Assembly (NCBI GenBank): GCA_002269645.1
Contig: NIVC01000037.1
Span: 434,001 to 498,000 of the forward strand
From: Macrostomum lignano
Taxonomy: Eukaryota
DNA: 64,000 bases
Direction of reading: 5' to 3'
A program made the translations under genes and the position numbers. This document shows, in pieces, positions 40,741 to 51,958 of this stretch. Position 1 is the first letter of the stretch, and the number at the start of each line of letters is the position of its first letter. The notes beneath the pieces are model-generated. The model made no database searches, had not been told where the DNA came from, and saw nothing but the letters and a program-made list of their open reading frames with translations.

Positions 40741-41429
40741 AAATTTAGCCAAGTTAACAATGAATTAGTTACATGTAAGTTATTTTGTTTAGACGTGTAA
40801 ATACACCTCTTGTTGAATTTAATGTGTGAATCCTGCCTTGCTCTTGTGTCAATCTCTGTATCTGATAGTTAAAAAGCCTGGCTTGACCCCTGATAACTGA
40901 CACGATTTGCAAGCGCTGCATCACGCTTAGATCAAAAAGCCATATTAGAAGCTTGCCAGTGTGTGGGTGTGTTCGAGCTCGAAAATTAATAAAATACTCG
41001 ATGTCTTGGAAATCGCAGTGCAATTTCTGTTCTCAAGTTCGTGTTTAATCATTCGTTTTGCCAAAACAGATAGCGAGGTTTAGTTCAGACACTGGTTCTT
41101 AGTATGACAATACGATGGAGCAAAACCTATGGTCGTGTCTTTTTATTTTGATTTACTACATAAATTCACGTGCATAAAAGTAATGCCAGTTTCCAAGACT
41201 TGGACACATTCAGACAGGTTTTAAATAGAGCAATTAACATCTTTAAATGAGATGTTGTCATTACGACTAGACAGTTGCAGAGGGGGTTTAAACGATTACA
41301 ACTTTACTGAACAAATTGAAAATTGACTCTATAAGCATTCAAATATTTATTTTAAAGTGTTTGATTTTAGAAATTTTTAGTCCGGTGTTAGAGAAAAGTA
41401 ATATGCAATGATCGATATGTCTTTATCTG

Positions 41430-42260
41430 CTGTGTGTAGGGGTGGCTGACTGAGGCTGGTCCAGTACCCCAGTGATCTCTGTGCACAGTGTAGGGGTGGC
41501 TGGCTGGGGCTGGTCCAGTACCCCAGTGATCTCTGTGCACAGTGTAGGGGTGGCTGGCTGGGGCTGGTCCAGTACCCCAGTGATCTCTGTGCACAGTGTA
41601 GGGGTGGCTGGCTGGGGCTGGTCCAGTACCCCAGTGATCTCTGTGCACAGTGTAGGGGTGGCTGGCTGGGGCTGGTCCAGTACCCCAGTGATCTCTGTGC
41701 ACAGTGTAGGGGTGGCTGGCTGGGGCTGGTCCAGTACCCCAGTGATCTCTGTGCACAGTGTAGGGATGGCTGGCTGGGGCTGTTCCAGTACCCCAGTGAT
41801 CTCTGTGCACAGTGTAGGGGTGGCTGGCTGGGGCTGGTCCAGTACCCCAGTGATCTCTGTGCACAGTGTAGGGGTGGCTGGCTGGGGCTGGTCCAGTACC
41901 CCAGTGATCTCTGTGCACAGTGTAGGGGTGGCTGGCTGGGGCTGGTCCAGTACCCCAGTGATCTCTGTGCACAGTGTAGGGGTGGCTGGCTGGGGCTGTT
42001 CCAGTACCCCAGTGATCTCTGTGCACAGTGTAGGGGTGGCTGACTGAGGCTGGTCCAGTACCCCAGTGATCTCTGTGCACAGTGTAGGGGTGGCTGGCTG
42101 GGGCTGGTCCAGTACCCCAGTGATCTCTGTGCACAGTGTAGGGATGGCTGGCTGGGGCTGTTCCAGTACCCCAGTGATCTCTGTGCACAGTGTAGGGGTG
42201 GCTGGCTGGGGCTGGTCCAGTACCCCAGTGATTTCTGTGCACAGTGTAGGGGTGGCTAGC
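41430..42260. repeat. 54-bp tandem repeat just 3' of the GPCR stop
   Basis: cagtgatctctgtgcacagtgtaggggtggctggctggggctggtccagtaccc repeated about 15 times. Confidence 0.95.
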
Positions 42261-42335
42261 AGTATCAGTGATTTCTGTACAGTTCGTCTCTGCGACCACC
42301 CCCTGCGCCTCGTAGTTATCCCAGTCGTGATCAGC

Positions 42336-43034
42336 TCAGCGCCTGTTGTGCCCCCGCTGCGACATGAACATTTCCTCGCGCTTCGCCACAGACTTTCCGC
42401 ACAGCCTCCCGATGAAGCGCTTTGCGCCCTTCTTAAACGGCTTATAGGTGCCGCCATAGATAGCAACATTGATGCTGGTGTAGTTCATGGTGAACCAGAT
42501 GATGCAGAACTGGCCGGTCTCCGTGTCGCCGCCGCCCGGCCCGATCGCGATGGCGATCTTGTAGATGAAGAATGGCAGCCAGCACACCAGGAAGCCAAGA
42601 ATGACGCAGGCGTTGGTAATCCAGCCACGCAGGCCGCTCCTGCGACTCTCGTATTTGCTGCTCCTGCCGTTGCCGCCGCCGCCGCTGCCGCTGTCCCTGT
42701 CGATGCCGTCAACGTCGGCCGCTTGCGGTCGGAGCGGCGCAGCGGCCGCGCATTCCTGCATTCGCTGCATGTTGCGCAGATGGCGGCGGGAGATGACCAA
42801 CAGGCTGCCGTAGCCGCCGACTAGCATGACCACCATGAACAGGATCAGGCCGATGCGGGTGACCACCAGGGTCACGTCCACTTTGCTGTGCGCGTTGGCT
42901 CCGCAGGTTTTGGTGTTGAACATGAGCGAACTGCTCGTGAACTCGTAGTAATAGCCGCTGATTGGCACGATTCGAGTTGGCAGAAGGCTCAGAATGCCGA
43001 TGACCAGCCAGATGCTGGAAGCTATTGCGATCAC
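42336..43034 (-). CDS. Orphan class A GPCR, exon 2 (TM4-TM7)
   Basis: Acceptor CCACAG at 43035; TM4 IWLVIG, TM6 FLVCWLPFF, TM7 NVAIY, helix 8 FKKG. Confidence 0.85.
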   Translation of the reverse strand: MIAIASSIWLVIGILSLLPTRIVPISGYYYEFTSSSLMFNTKTCGANAHSKVDVTLVVTRIGLILFMVVMLVGGYGSLLVISRRHLRNMQRMQECAAAAPLRPQAADVDGIDRDSGSGGGGNGRSSKYESRRSGLRGWITNACVILGFLVCWLPFFIYKIAIAIGPGGGDTETGQFCIIWFTMNYTSINVAIYGGTYKPFKKGAKRFIGRLCGKSVAKREEMFMSQRGHNRR

Positions 43035-43107
43035 CTGTGGCGGGTGGGTTTGACAGCTGGCTTGCCTAAATATGAATCGAAACTCCCAAGTTACCACCGT
43101 CTCGCAC

Positions 43108-43545
43108 CTTTCTCCTGGTCATGACCCGATCGTAGCTGTAAGGCCACTTGATCTGGTGCAGCTTGTCCATGCCGATGGCCAGGGTGAAGCAGAGCGCAGT
43201 GGTGATGGTGAGGTAGTACACCCAGGCCCCGATGTCCAGCTCCTCGGGTGACTGCGGCCCGTAGCCGGTGACGGCGTAGCGAAAGCAGAACGCCAGAAAC
43301 CACAGGCCAGTGCCGAGGTCGCTGAGCGCCAGGCACAGCATGTAGATGCCCTGGTTGTTCCGCAGGGCGGGCGTCTGGTAGACAATCACAATGACCAGCA
43401 GGTTGGCGGGCACGGCCAGCAGAGACACCACGAACACCACGACGGCGCGCCACCAGGAAGAGTCGACGGCGCGCATTTGGCCGCAGCCGGAGCAGTCGAA
43501 CCATTCGAGGCTGGCGTTCTTGAAGCAGAGTTGCTGCTCCTGCAT
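43108..43545 (-). CDS. Orphan class A GPCR, exon 1 (TM1-TM3)
   Basis: ATG at 43545; TM1 ANLLVI, TM2 LALSDL, TM3 GMDKL; donor AAG|GTGCGA, 73-nt phase-0 intron 43107-43035. Confidence 0.85.
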
Positions 43546-44294
43546 GAAGTTGCTACTGAAAAATGAGGAAGGTTTCAACTGAGGATCTGGAATGCTGGTT
43601 CAGCAACTGAGGATCTGGGAGGCTGGCCCATCAACCGAGGATCTGGGAGGCTGGCCCAGCAACTGAGGATCTGGGAGGGTAGCCGCACAATCTGAGGATC
43701 TGGGAGGGTAGCCGCACAATCTGAGGATCTGGGAAGGTGGGGGATGGCCCATGCCCAGTGTCCCTCTGCTACTTACCTATTATTCATACTTGAAGCAGAC
43801 AATACGGCAGTGTCTATGGATAATTACAGCAGCAAAACAATAATTAAGAAGCACAAAATGAGCTCAGAGCTGCAATGCGAATTGGGTAGGCAGCGAAGCA
43901 GGCAGGCGGCTCGCCCCCATCGGTAGCTGATATATAGTGCCATTCAAGGCCTGCGCCATTGGACGACTGAGGCTTGAGTGTAGAATTTATTCCCAACCCT
44001 CCATCCTCTCGACCGCTCTTCCCTCGCTCCCAATTCACTAGGAGATTTCCCTAATTCTGGCTTGCAGCTTCCATAAGCCGTGCGGGAGTTCCGTTCTGTC
44101 GTTTTCTGCCTGCTAAATTTGGGTAGCTCGTATAGCGGGCTTATTTTACTACTTTTACAAGAGTAGGCTGTTGGGAATTTGTCTTTCATATCAACTTTAA
44201 TAAGCAAAAAAAGTCTCGAAACATTGCAACCTCAGAACTATAATCCCGGATCTTGTTGGAAAGTTGATTTAGGATCTGAGAAGGTTAGGGCCCT

Positions 44295-45690
44295 GCAACT
44301 GAGGATCCGTAAATCTGGCACAGCAACACTGAGGATCCGTGATCTGGCACAGCAACTGAGGATCCGTGAATCTGGCACAGCAACTGAGGATCCCTGAATC
44401 TGGCACAGCAACTGAGGATCCGTGAATCTGGCACAGCAACTGAGGATCCGTGAATCTGGCACAGCAACTGAGGATCCGTGAATCTGGCACAGCAACTGAG
44501 GATCCCTGAATCTGGCACAGCAACTGAGGATCCGTGAATCTGGCACAGCAACTGAGGATCCCTGAATCTGGCACAGCAACTGAGGATCCCTGAATCTGGC
44601 ACAGCAACTGAGGATCCGTGAATCTGGCACAGCAACTGAGGATCCGTGAATCTGGCACAGCAACTGAGGATCCCTGAATCTGGCACAGCAACTGAGGATC
44701 CGTGAATCTGGCACAGCAACACTGAGGATCCGTGAATCTGGCACAGCAACACTGAGGATCCGTGAATCTGGCACAGCAACTGAGGATCCGTAAATCTGGC
44801 ACAGCAACACTGAGGATCCGTGAATCTGGCACAGCAACTGAGGATCTGTGAATCTGGCACAGCAACTGAGGATCCGTGAATCTGGCACAGCAACTGAGGA
44901 TCCGTGAATCTGGCACAGCAACTGAGGATCTGTGAATCTGGCACAGCAACTGAGGATCTGTGAATCTGGCACAGGAACTGAGGATCTGTGAATCTGGCAC
45001 AGCAACTGAGGATCCGTGAATCTGGCACAGCAACACTGAGGATCCGTGAATCTGGCACAGCAACACTGAGGATCCGTGAATCTGGCACAGCAACTGAGGA
45101 TCTGTGAATCTGGCACAGCAACACTGAGGATCCGTGAATCTGGCACAGCAACACTGAGGATCCGTGAATCTGGCACAGCAACTGAGGATCTGTGAATCTG
45201 GCACAGCAACACTGAGGATCCGTGAATCTGGCACAGCAACTGAGGATCTGTGAATCTGGCACAGCAACTGAGGATCTGTGAATCTGGCACAGGAACTGAG
45301 GATTTGTGAATCTGGCACAGCAACACTGAGGATCCGTGAATCTGGCACAGCAACACTGAGGATCCGTGAATCTGGCACAGCAACACTGAGGATCCGTGAA
45401 TCTGGCACAGCAACTGAGGATCTGTGAATCTGGCACAGCAACACTGAGGATCCGTGAATCTGGCACAGCAACACTGAGGATCCGTGAATCTGGCACAGCA
45501 ACTGAGGATCTGTGAATCTGGCACAGCAACACTGAGGATCCGTGAATCTGGCACAGCAACTGAGGATCTGTGAATCTGGCACAGCAACACTGAGGATCCG
45601 TGAATCTGGCACAGCAACACTGAGGATCCGTGAATCTGGCACAGCAACACTGAGGATCCGTGAATCTGGCACAGCAACTGAGGATCTGGG
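44295..45690. repeat. 28/30-bp tandem repeat
   Basis: gcacagcaac(ac)tgaggatccgtgaatctg; related ctgaggatctgggagg units at 43575-43740. Confidence 0.95.
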
Positions 45691-47088
45691 AGGGTAACAG
45701 TTCAGCAACTGAGGAGCCTAGGCGATGGTGATTCAAACTGAAGACCTGAAAAGAAGTTCGCTAATGCATGAATAAATCAATTACCGGTAGACAATAAAAT
45801 AATGAAGATATACACCTGCGTTTTTACAGCGCATTTGGTCGTGATTTTAGCTGTTTTTGCAAAAATTAGTTGAGAAATCGTTCCTCATTTCGCAGAGGTG
45901 GCCCGCTAGCGCAAATCTCGTTCGTTTGCGGCAACCCCGGCCTTGTACCTTTCTTCCTGCCCTGGGTGTGAGTCACTCTTTCTCACACTCGGCACTCAGT
46001 CGGCGCTCGGCCTCTCCTCTCAATCTCATTATTATCAGCTTTTTTCGGCTGGGGAGAAAAACTAATCGAGAAACGGCCCGAAGGCAGGCGCTGCATGGGG
46101 CAATCCCCTGCGATGGGGGGGGCGGAGATAAAAGATGCGTTCGGTTCGGAATGCCGATCGGGCGCCGCGCCTGCGTCGTGAGTCACTGCGTCGGGTTGAC
46201 CAGAGCAGAATCAGGATGGGCCGGCTATGCATTACAGCTGCTGTAGCTCAGGGTGTTATAAGTTAACTCCCGCTGTATGCAGCTATAGTGACACATTCCG
46301 CGGATGACGTAACAGCCGGAGCCTGCAGTCCACTTCAATCACTCACTTTCTCCTCTTCCTTCTTGAGTTAGCCCCCTCTCAATTCCGTTCTGTTTTTCTT
46401 TCTTTCCCGACTTTTCTGTCCCAACCCCCCCTTCTCTAGAAGAGTGTGAGGAAGTCAATTTCTGCTTTGACATCGGATCTACTACACTGCCAGATAAATT
46501 GGGTGGAAGAAGCTGACCGCCTGACTGACTAAAGTTGAGTATAAGCTTTTACGGGCGCCGACTCAACTCCGCTACAGATTCTAAGAAACAGATTCAGGAA
46601 TTTCTAAAATATTTTTTTGGCGTCATTCAGTACAGCTTTTTTACTAGCTCATATATACCTAGGAAGTAAGATACCCTTATTGAAAATAAGATTGGATATG
46701 GAACGAACCTTGGTTGGCATTAATTAAGGTCTGAGTAATATACATGTCATATTGTTGTTGTTGCTGTTGTTTTTGTTGTTGTTTTCGCCATTTTGCCGGG
46801 ATATACTTGTTGGTACGAAACAATGATTAAATTAGCCAGTTAATCGATTTCTCGCCTATATGTATTGGTCGAAGGCGAGGTCATTTGGTATTCACGCTTG
46901 TGCACTTGGTCTATGGCAATATCGTTTGCAACGGGCGAAAGAGAATTAAGAGACAAAAGGGCGCGAACGCGCAGTATCGATTAAATGCATACATTAAATC
47001 GTCTATGGTCAAATAATAGTGCAATAACATGATACCTATATACTAGCAATGAGTTGGATTGGCAGCATTTAAAATCGAGTGCATTATA

Positions 47089-47353
47089 CTCAGCAACATT
47101 GAAATGCCGCCACTCTATGCGCCAGTGAGCAATTTCTCTTGGACTAGTCTAAAATAAAAGATACGAGAAAACTGATCGGCTTTAATCCGTCCAACCCTCG
47201 CACACCGCCCCCCCACTCCATTCCTCAACTCAAGTCTGCCGTGGCGTAGCGAAATTGCGTCACTGGCAAAGACTGAGAGACTTTACCTGCACTCTCAAAA
47301 GTGGCTTCCACAGACAGAATCTTCTGTGATGGCCAATTTTCAATGTTGCTGAG
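47089..47353. mobile_element. Possible MITE
   Basis: Perfect 16-bp inverted repeat ctcagcaacattgaaa / tttcaatgttgctgag about 265 bp apart; no clear TSD. Confidence 0.35.
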
Positions 47354-47885
47354 AATGAAATCTTGAATGAAAAGAAAAGCGGAGACGTGACAATCTAGCT
47401 CGTATAGATAACGTGTACAAGGTAACAAAACAGGTATGAACAGATGTGTATTTACACACGAGCGTAACACCTAATGAGGCAATAACGGCGCAGCCCGATT
47501 AATTATGTACTATATAGATAGACCCACGCATACGAGTGCAACACAGCATTTAATAAACACAACTGTTTTTGCATCCATCGTGCGATTTGATACTGTCTTT
47601 ATCAAATCGACAACGGGGCTGCGCGCAAAACAGGCAAATATGAAACAAAAGTTTTTTCTCTAAACGGACAAACACAATAGACGTTACGAGTTACGAGTAG
47701 TACTTTCGTCACAATGAACTATACTAGCTGTTATGAAACAGAAAAAAATACACGCAATGCAACAACCATTGCAGTAGATATGCGACAATCGAGAAGCCAG
47801 CGTACTTGTGGGTCCTGTGTACATCGCGATACGGAATCAAAGCGTTGACGCACCATTTGACAGTCAGTCAGTAATTAAAAACAGA

Positions 47886-48593
47886 CTAGAGACGAGGTGG
47901 ATCTCCGTATGAATCGCGAAGAGGTACACATGTCTCGTCGCAATCGTATGTTCCATCCAACGGATGTCCAACATAGATTACTGTGACGAGCCGATCCCTC
48001 AGCATACTGCCGTTCTTCAGTCGGCACTGTACGCCGGGCGAATATGACGCGACAGGATCATGTCCCGCGAACACAAGTAGCCGATTTCGCCACGTCTCGC
48101 TCCTTACAGACTGGTATTTGGCATTCACAGTGAAGGTGTTGCCGTTGATCAGTCGAAGTAGCGAGAGCTACGGGTGCGATTTTTTACGGGTGCGATGATA
48201 ATAATAAATAAGTGTTGCTTATAAACTCATACGCGTATAATCGGAATTCCATGTCAATGATTTTAACTCACCCTGACATCGGAATTGTCGTCGAACAAGT
48301 CGGGACGCAGATAGTCGATAAACATGACGCTGTGTATAGTCACGTCCAACTGATTGAATAAAAATGTATTGGCTGCAGTGCGAGACGGGGGGGGTGATGT
48401 TAATAACCCGACGATCGCCACAATGCTCAAATACGGTGTGCGTTTTACCAACACCGGAAGGGCCGTACAAGTAGACGACACCCTTCTCCTGTCGCAATGG
48501 CTTCGCATACGGCACGAATCGTTGGACAGACTGTGCGTATTGTTGTAAGTCGATTGACTCCTGTCGTGGCGATATTTTCTGTGGCTGTGGTGG
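47886..48593 (-). mobile_element. Spliced superfamily-3 helicase coding region (parvovirus NS1/CRESS Rep-like endogenous element), one frameshift
   Basis: Walker A VVYLYGPSGVGKT (GPSGVGKT at 48464-48441); after removing one C from the C8 run (48394-48387), Walker B-like VMFIDY; intron GTGAGT 48271-48168 TAG; then motif B'-like LLRLINGNTFTVNAKYQ and motif C-like LLVFAG; stop at 47886. Confidence 0.7.
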
Positions 48594-48881
48594 CTGTCAA
48601 ACTGGCATTAACAGTGGCAGCAGAAGGAGTAGCGGACTCGGCAGCAGCATCATTATCGCTGCGTACTGCGTCGGCAGGATTAGTCTGTTGACTAGTGTCA
48701 GTACCGACTTGGTATGCGCCGCCCAGCATATCATTAAGCGTGCGATAGTTTGATGCACGTTGCTCATTTATGAACGATGCACAGTTAATACACACGTCAA
48801 GTCGTTCTGTACACAACCGACGGCACATCTGTACGCGTCTGAATAGACGGACTAGCTCTTGCCGACGATTGCCACGGCCAA

Positions 48882-48913
<32 letters not shown>

Positions 48914-49098
48914 TCCTGTTGCAGATTTCCTGATTGCAAAGTCCGCCGTTGCTGTTGCTGCTGCAGAAAAAGCCGAGGACGCGGTTGCGGTCGAGACAGT
49001 TGCTGCTGTTGCTGCTGTTGCTACTGCAGAGACCGAGGACGCGGTTGCGGTCGCAACGGTTGTTGAAATTGCTGATGCAAATTGCGGATACAAATTGT

Positions 49099-49172
49099 TC
49101 CGAGTGGATCGAGAATCGAACCCCCGACCTTCAAGTCGTGAGTCCGACGCTCCAACCACAACGACGCTACAA
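49099..49172 (-). mobile_element. tRNA-derived SINE family B head
   Basis: gtagcg...gtggttggagcgtcggactcacgacttgaaggtcgggggttcgattctcgatccactcgg; matches the head at 56171. Confidence 0.7.
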
Positions 49173-49355
49173 ACTAGTGGCTAAGGCGTACCTAACGCGT
49201 ACCTAAAAGAATACTTACGCGTGTTGATGAATCCAGACCTCAGTAGGTAGTGCATACAGTTTCCGACGCCCGACAGACAATTCCTGCCATGTCTCCGAAC
49301 GCGAACGCGAACCCGAACTCACATTGAAAACCAAACCTTAACTTTAACCTTAACC

Positions 49356-49392
49356 CAGGGACTACTCAAACACGGTGTCGGAGTAGTCCCTG
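49356..49392. other. Perfect 12-bp stem-loop
   Basis: cagggactactc + 13-nt loop aaacacggtgtcg + gagtagtccctg, flanked by degenerate cctaac repeats. Confidence 0.85.
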
Positions 49393-49903
49393 CCATAAAC
49401 CTAAACTTACGAGCTGTAACCCTAAGCCTAACCATAAGCCTAACCTAAGTGTAACCGTATACATGAGCCTAACCTAAATCTAGTCCAAGGTGTTACAAGC
49501 CGATCAATCGTTTTAGTTTATTGATCCATGGATTATTGATTTAATCGTCAAGTGCTATTAACCAGTCAAATTTATCCATCAGATCTCTCCACCTTAACTC
49601 ATACCGTATCAGCACAATCCATCAAGAACCTGCAGATCGATTTAATACATTAATCCATGTACGAGTATGATTGATACATTACGGAATTATAAACCGTTTT
49701 CAATGTATTGCGTATCCATAGGTCGTTTGAGTGTGATAATGCAATGCTGATTGTTTATTCCATTTTAATGCATTACAGAATTATGGGTTGAGTTAATGTA
49801 TTGTAGTACGCATTGATAGGTAGTTTGAATGCAGTTAATGAAATGATGATCGTTTTAATTATCAAATCCTTTATAAACCGTTCACTTATCGGAGCATTTT
49901 TAC

Positions 49904-50030
49904 CCGGACAGAGGTCTCCGGACAGAGGTCTCCGGACAGAGGTCTCCGTACATTGGCCTCCGGACATAGATTTGAGGGCATTGGCATCCGGACAGAGGCC
50001 TCCGGACATAGGTCTCCGGACATAGGTTTC
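49904..50030. repeat. 14-bp direct repeat array
   Basis: ccggacagaggtct x3 near perfect, followed by degenerate copies. Confidence 0.85.
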
Positions 50031-50744
50031 CGATATGCGATTGGCTGTCTACAGGTGTACAATCTAGTAGGAGAATCTGTCACGCTACCCAGTCGTGATC
50101 AACATGCATATATTCTATGGTTAAAGTAGTAGGGAAATCCGAAATTCGCCACGAGAATCCCGAGGAAGAACCACGAGAATCCCGAGGAAGAACCACGAGA
50201 ATCAACTTGGAGACCTATGTTTATAGCTGGAGGCTTTTGTCTTGATGTTTTTATTGTTGTTGCTTTTGTTGTTTTATTGCATTGATACTGTTGTTTATTA
50301 CAGTGATTTGATTCGAAACGATACAAATAATCCTCTTTGATTTATGGGTATAATAATAGTTCTATTTCGGGGTCAAACAGGTTAATGAGTTTATTTACAC
50401 ATCAAAGGGGACTTGCTATTTGGTTATAAAATACGCAAAGCTGTTGTTGCTAATGCTATTGCTTCAAATCTGCATATTCAGCAGTAAATATTGAAACATG
50501 GCTAACAACATTGAAATATTAAGATGATAAGAAATAGAACTGATCAAAAATTAAGGGCTCCTGTGTGTGTTTTGCTGTTATGTACAGTGCAGCATAAGTG
50601 TCAATTTTTTACCACGAAAACAGGCAAAGTATGTCTTTAAGCATCTGTTCATTTGCTGAGAAAAATTGAGACAGAAAAATCATAGCGATTGAAATTTGTT
50701 TGACTAATCAGAGTCAAGCAGTACTTTTATGACTCCGCCTCTTC

Positions 50745-51240
50745 TAGTCACTCCTGGTCTCTTCTAGTCACACCTGGTTACTCCTGGTCTCTTCTAGTCA
50801 CACCTGGTTACTCCTGGTCTCTTTTAGTCACACCTGGTTACTCCTGGTCCCTTCTAGTCACACCTGGTTACTCCTGGTCTCTTTTAGTCACACCTGGTTA
50901 CTCCTGGTCTCTTCTAGTCACTCCTGGTTACTCCTGGTCTCTTCTAGTCACTCCTGGTTACTTCTGGTCTCTTCTAGTCACTCCTGGTTACTCTCGGTCT
51001 CTTCTAGTCACACCTGGTTACTCTCGGTCTCTTCTAGTCACACCTGGTTACTCTCGGTCTCTTCTAGTCACACCTGGTTACTCTCGGTCTCTTCTAGTCA
51101 CACCTGGTTACTCTCGGTCTCTTCTAGTCACACCTGGTTACTCTCGGTCTCTTCTAGTCACACCTAGTTACTCTCGGTCTCTTCTAGTCACACCTGGTTA
51201 CTCCCGGTCTCTTCTAGTCACTCACAGTCTCTTATAGTCA
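50745..51240. repeat. 30-bp tandem repeat 3' of the TRIM9-like stop
   Basis: cttctagtcacacctggttactctcggtct. Confidence 0.9.
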
Positions 51241-51323
51241 CTTTTTATCCCTTCTAGGCACTCTCAGTCTTTGAGACTTTTTCTCACTTTTAGTCACTTC
51301 TTGTCACTCTCAGTCACTTCTGG

Positions 51324-51631
51324 TCACTCCTCGGAGCTCTCCTCCGACTCCGAGGGCACGTCCAGGCCGGGCCGCAGGGTCAGCTGCACATTTCGGCTCA
51401 AATTCACTGCCGGATGCAGGGGGCCGAGGCCGCAGAGGCCAGAAAACGCCACAGGCCCGTGCGGCTCGTCATTGACGTAGTAGGACAAGCTGCCCTTGTC
51501 GCAGTCCAGCCTGACGCCGATGACCGCACCTTTGGCAATGCCGCCGTCGCATCTGTCAGAGTGCTCTCCGGCGTGTAGAAACCAGCTGCGCTTGAAGTCG
51601 ATGTACATTGACCAGGACTGGGCGTCGCGAC
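51324..51631 (-). CDS. TRIM9: TRIM9/67-like, last exon (end of SPRY)
   Basis: Acceptor CGCAG at 51632; GRDAQSWSMYIDFKRSWF...GGIAKGAVIGV...PAVNLSRNVQLTL matches the TRIM9 C-terminus. Confidence 0.9.
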
Positions 51632-51664
51632 CTGCGAGGGTTGAAGAAAGACATCCAGCTCATA

Positions 51665-51958
51665 TTGGTGCTATTGTGTGTTCAACCGGTGTCTCATGGT
51701 GCTATTGTGTGTTCAACCGGTGTCTCATGGTGCTATTGTGTGTTCAACCGGTGTCTCATGGTGCAATGGTCTGTTCAACCGGTGTCTCATGGTGCTATTG
51801 TGTGTTCAACCGGTGTCTCATGGTGCAATGGTCTGTTCAACCGGTGCCTCATGGTGCTATTGTGTGTTCAACCGGTGTCTCATGGTGCTATTGTGTGTTC
51901 AACCGGTGTCTCATGGTGCTATGGTCTGTTCAACCGGTGCCTCATGGTGCTATTGTCT
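51665..51958. repeat. 31-bp tandem repeat
   Basis: ggtgtctcatggtgctattgtgtgttcaacc. Confidence 0.9.

Noticed and set aside
42066-42824. Plus-strand 252-aa ORF
   Set aside because: Antisense shadow of the GC3-rich GPCR exon plus repeat sequence
41388-45736. Large repetitive ORFs (HPYTVHRDHWGTG, Cys-rich CCARFTDPQ)
   Set aside because: Translations of 54-bp and 28/30-bp tandem arrays, open in several frames
49330-49480. Interstitial telomere
   Set aside because: Only short degenerate CCTAAC-like units, not a (TTAGGG)n tract
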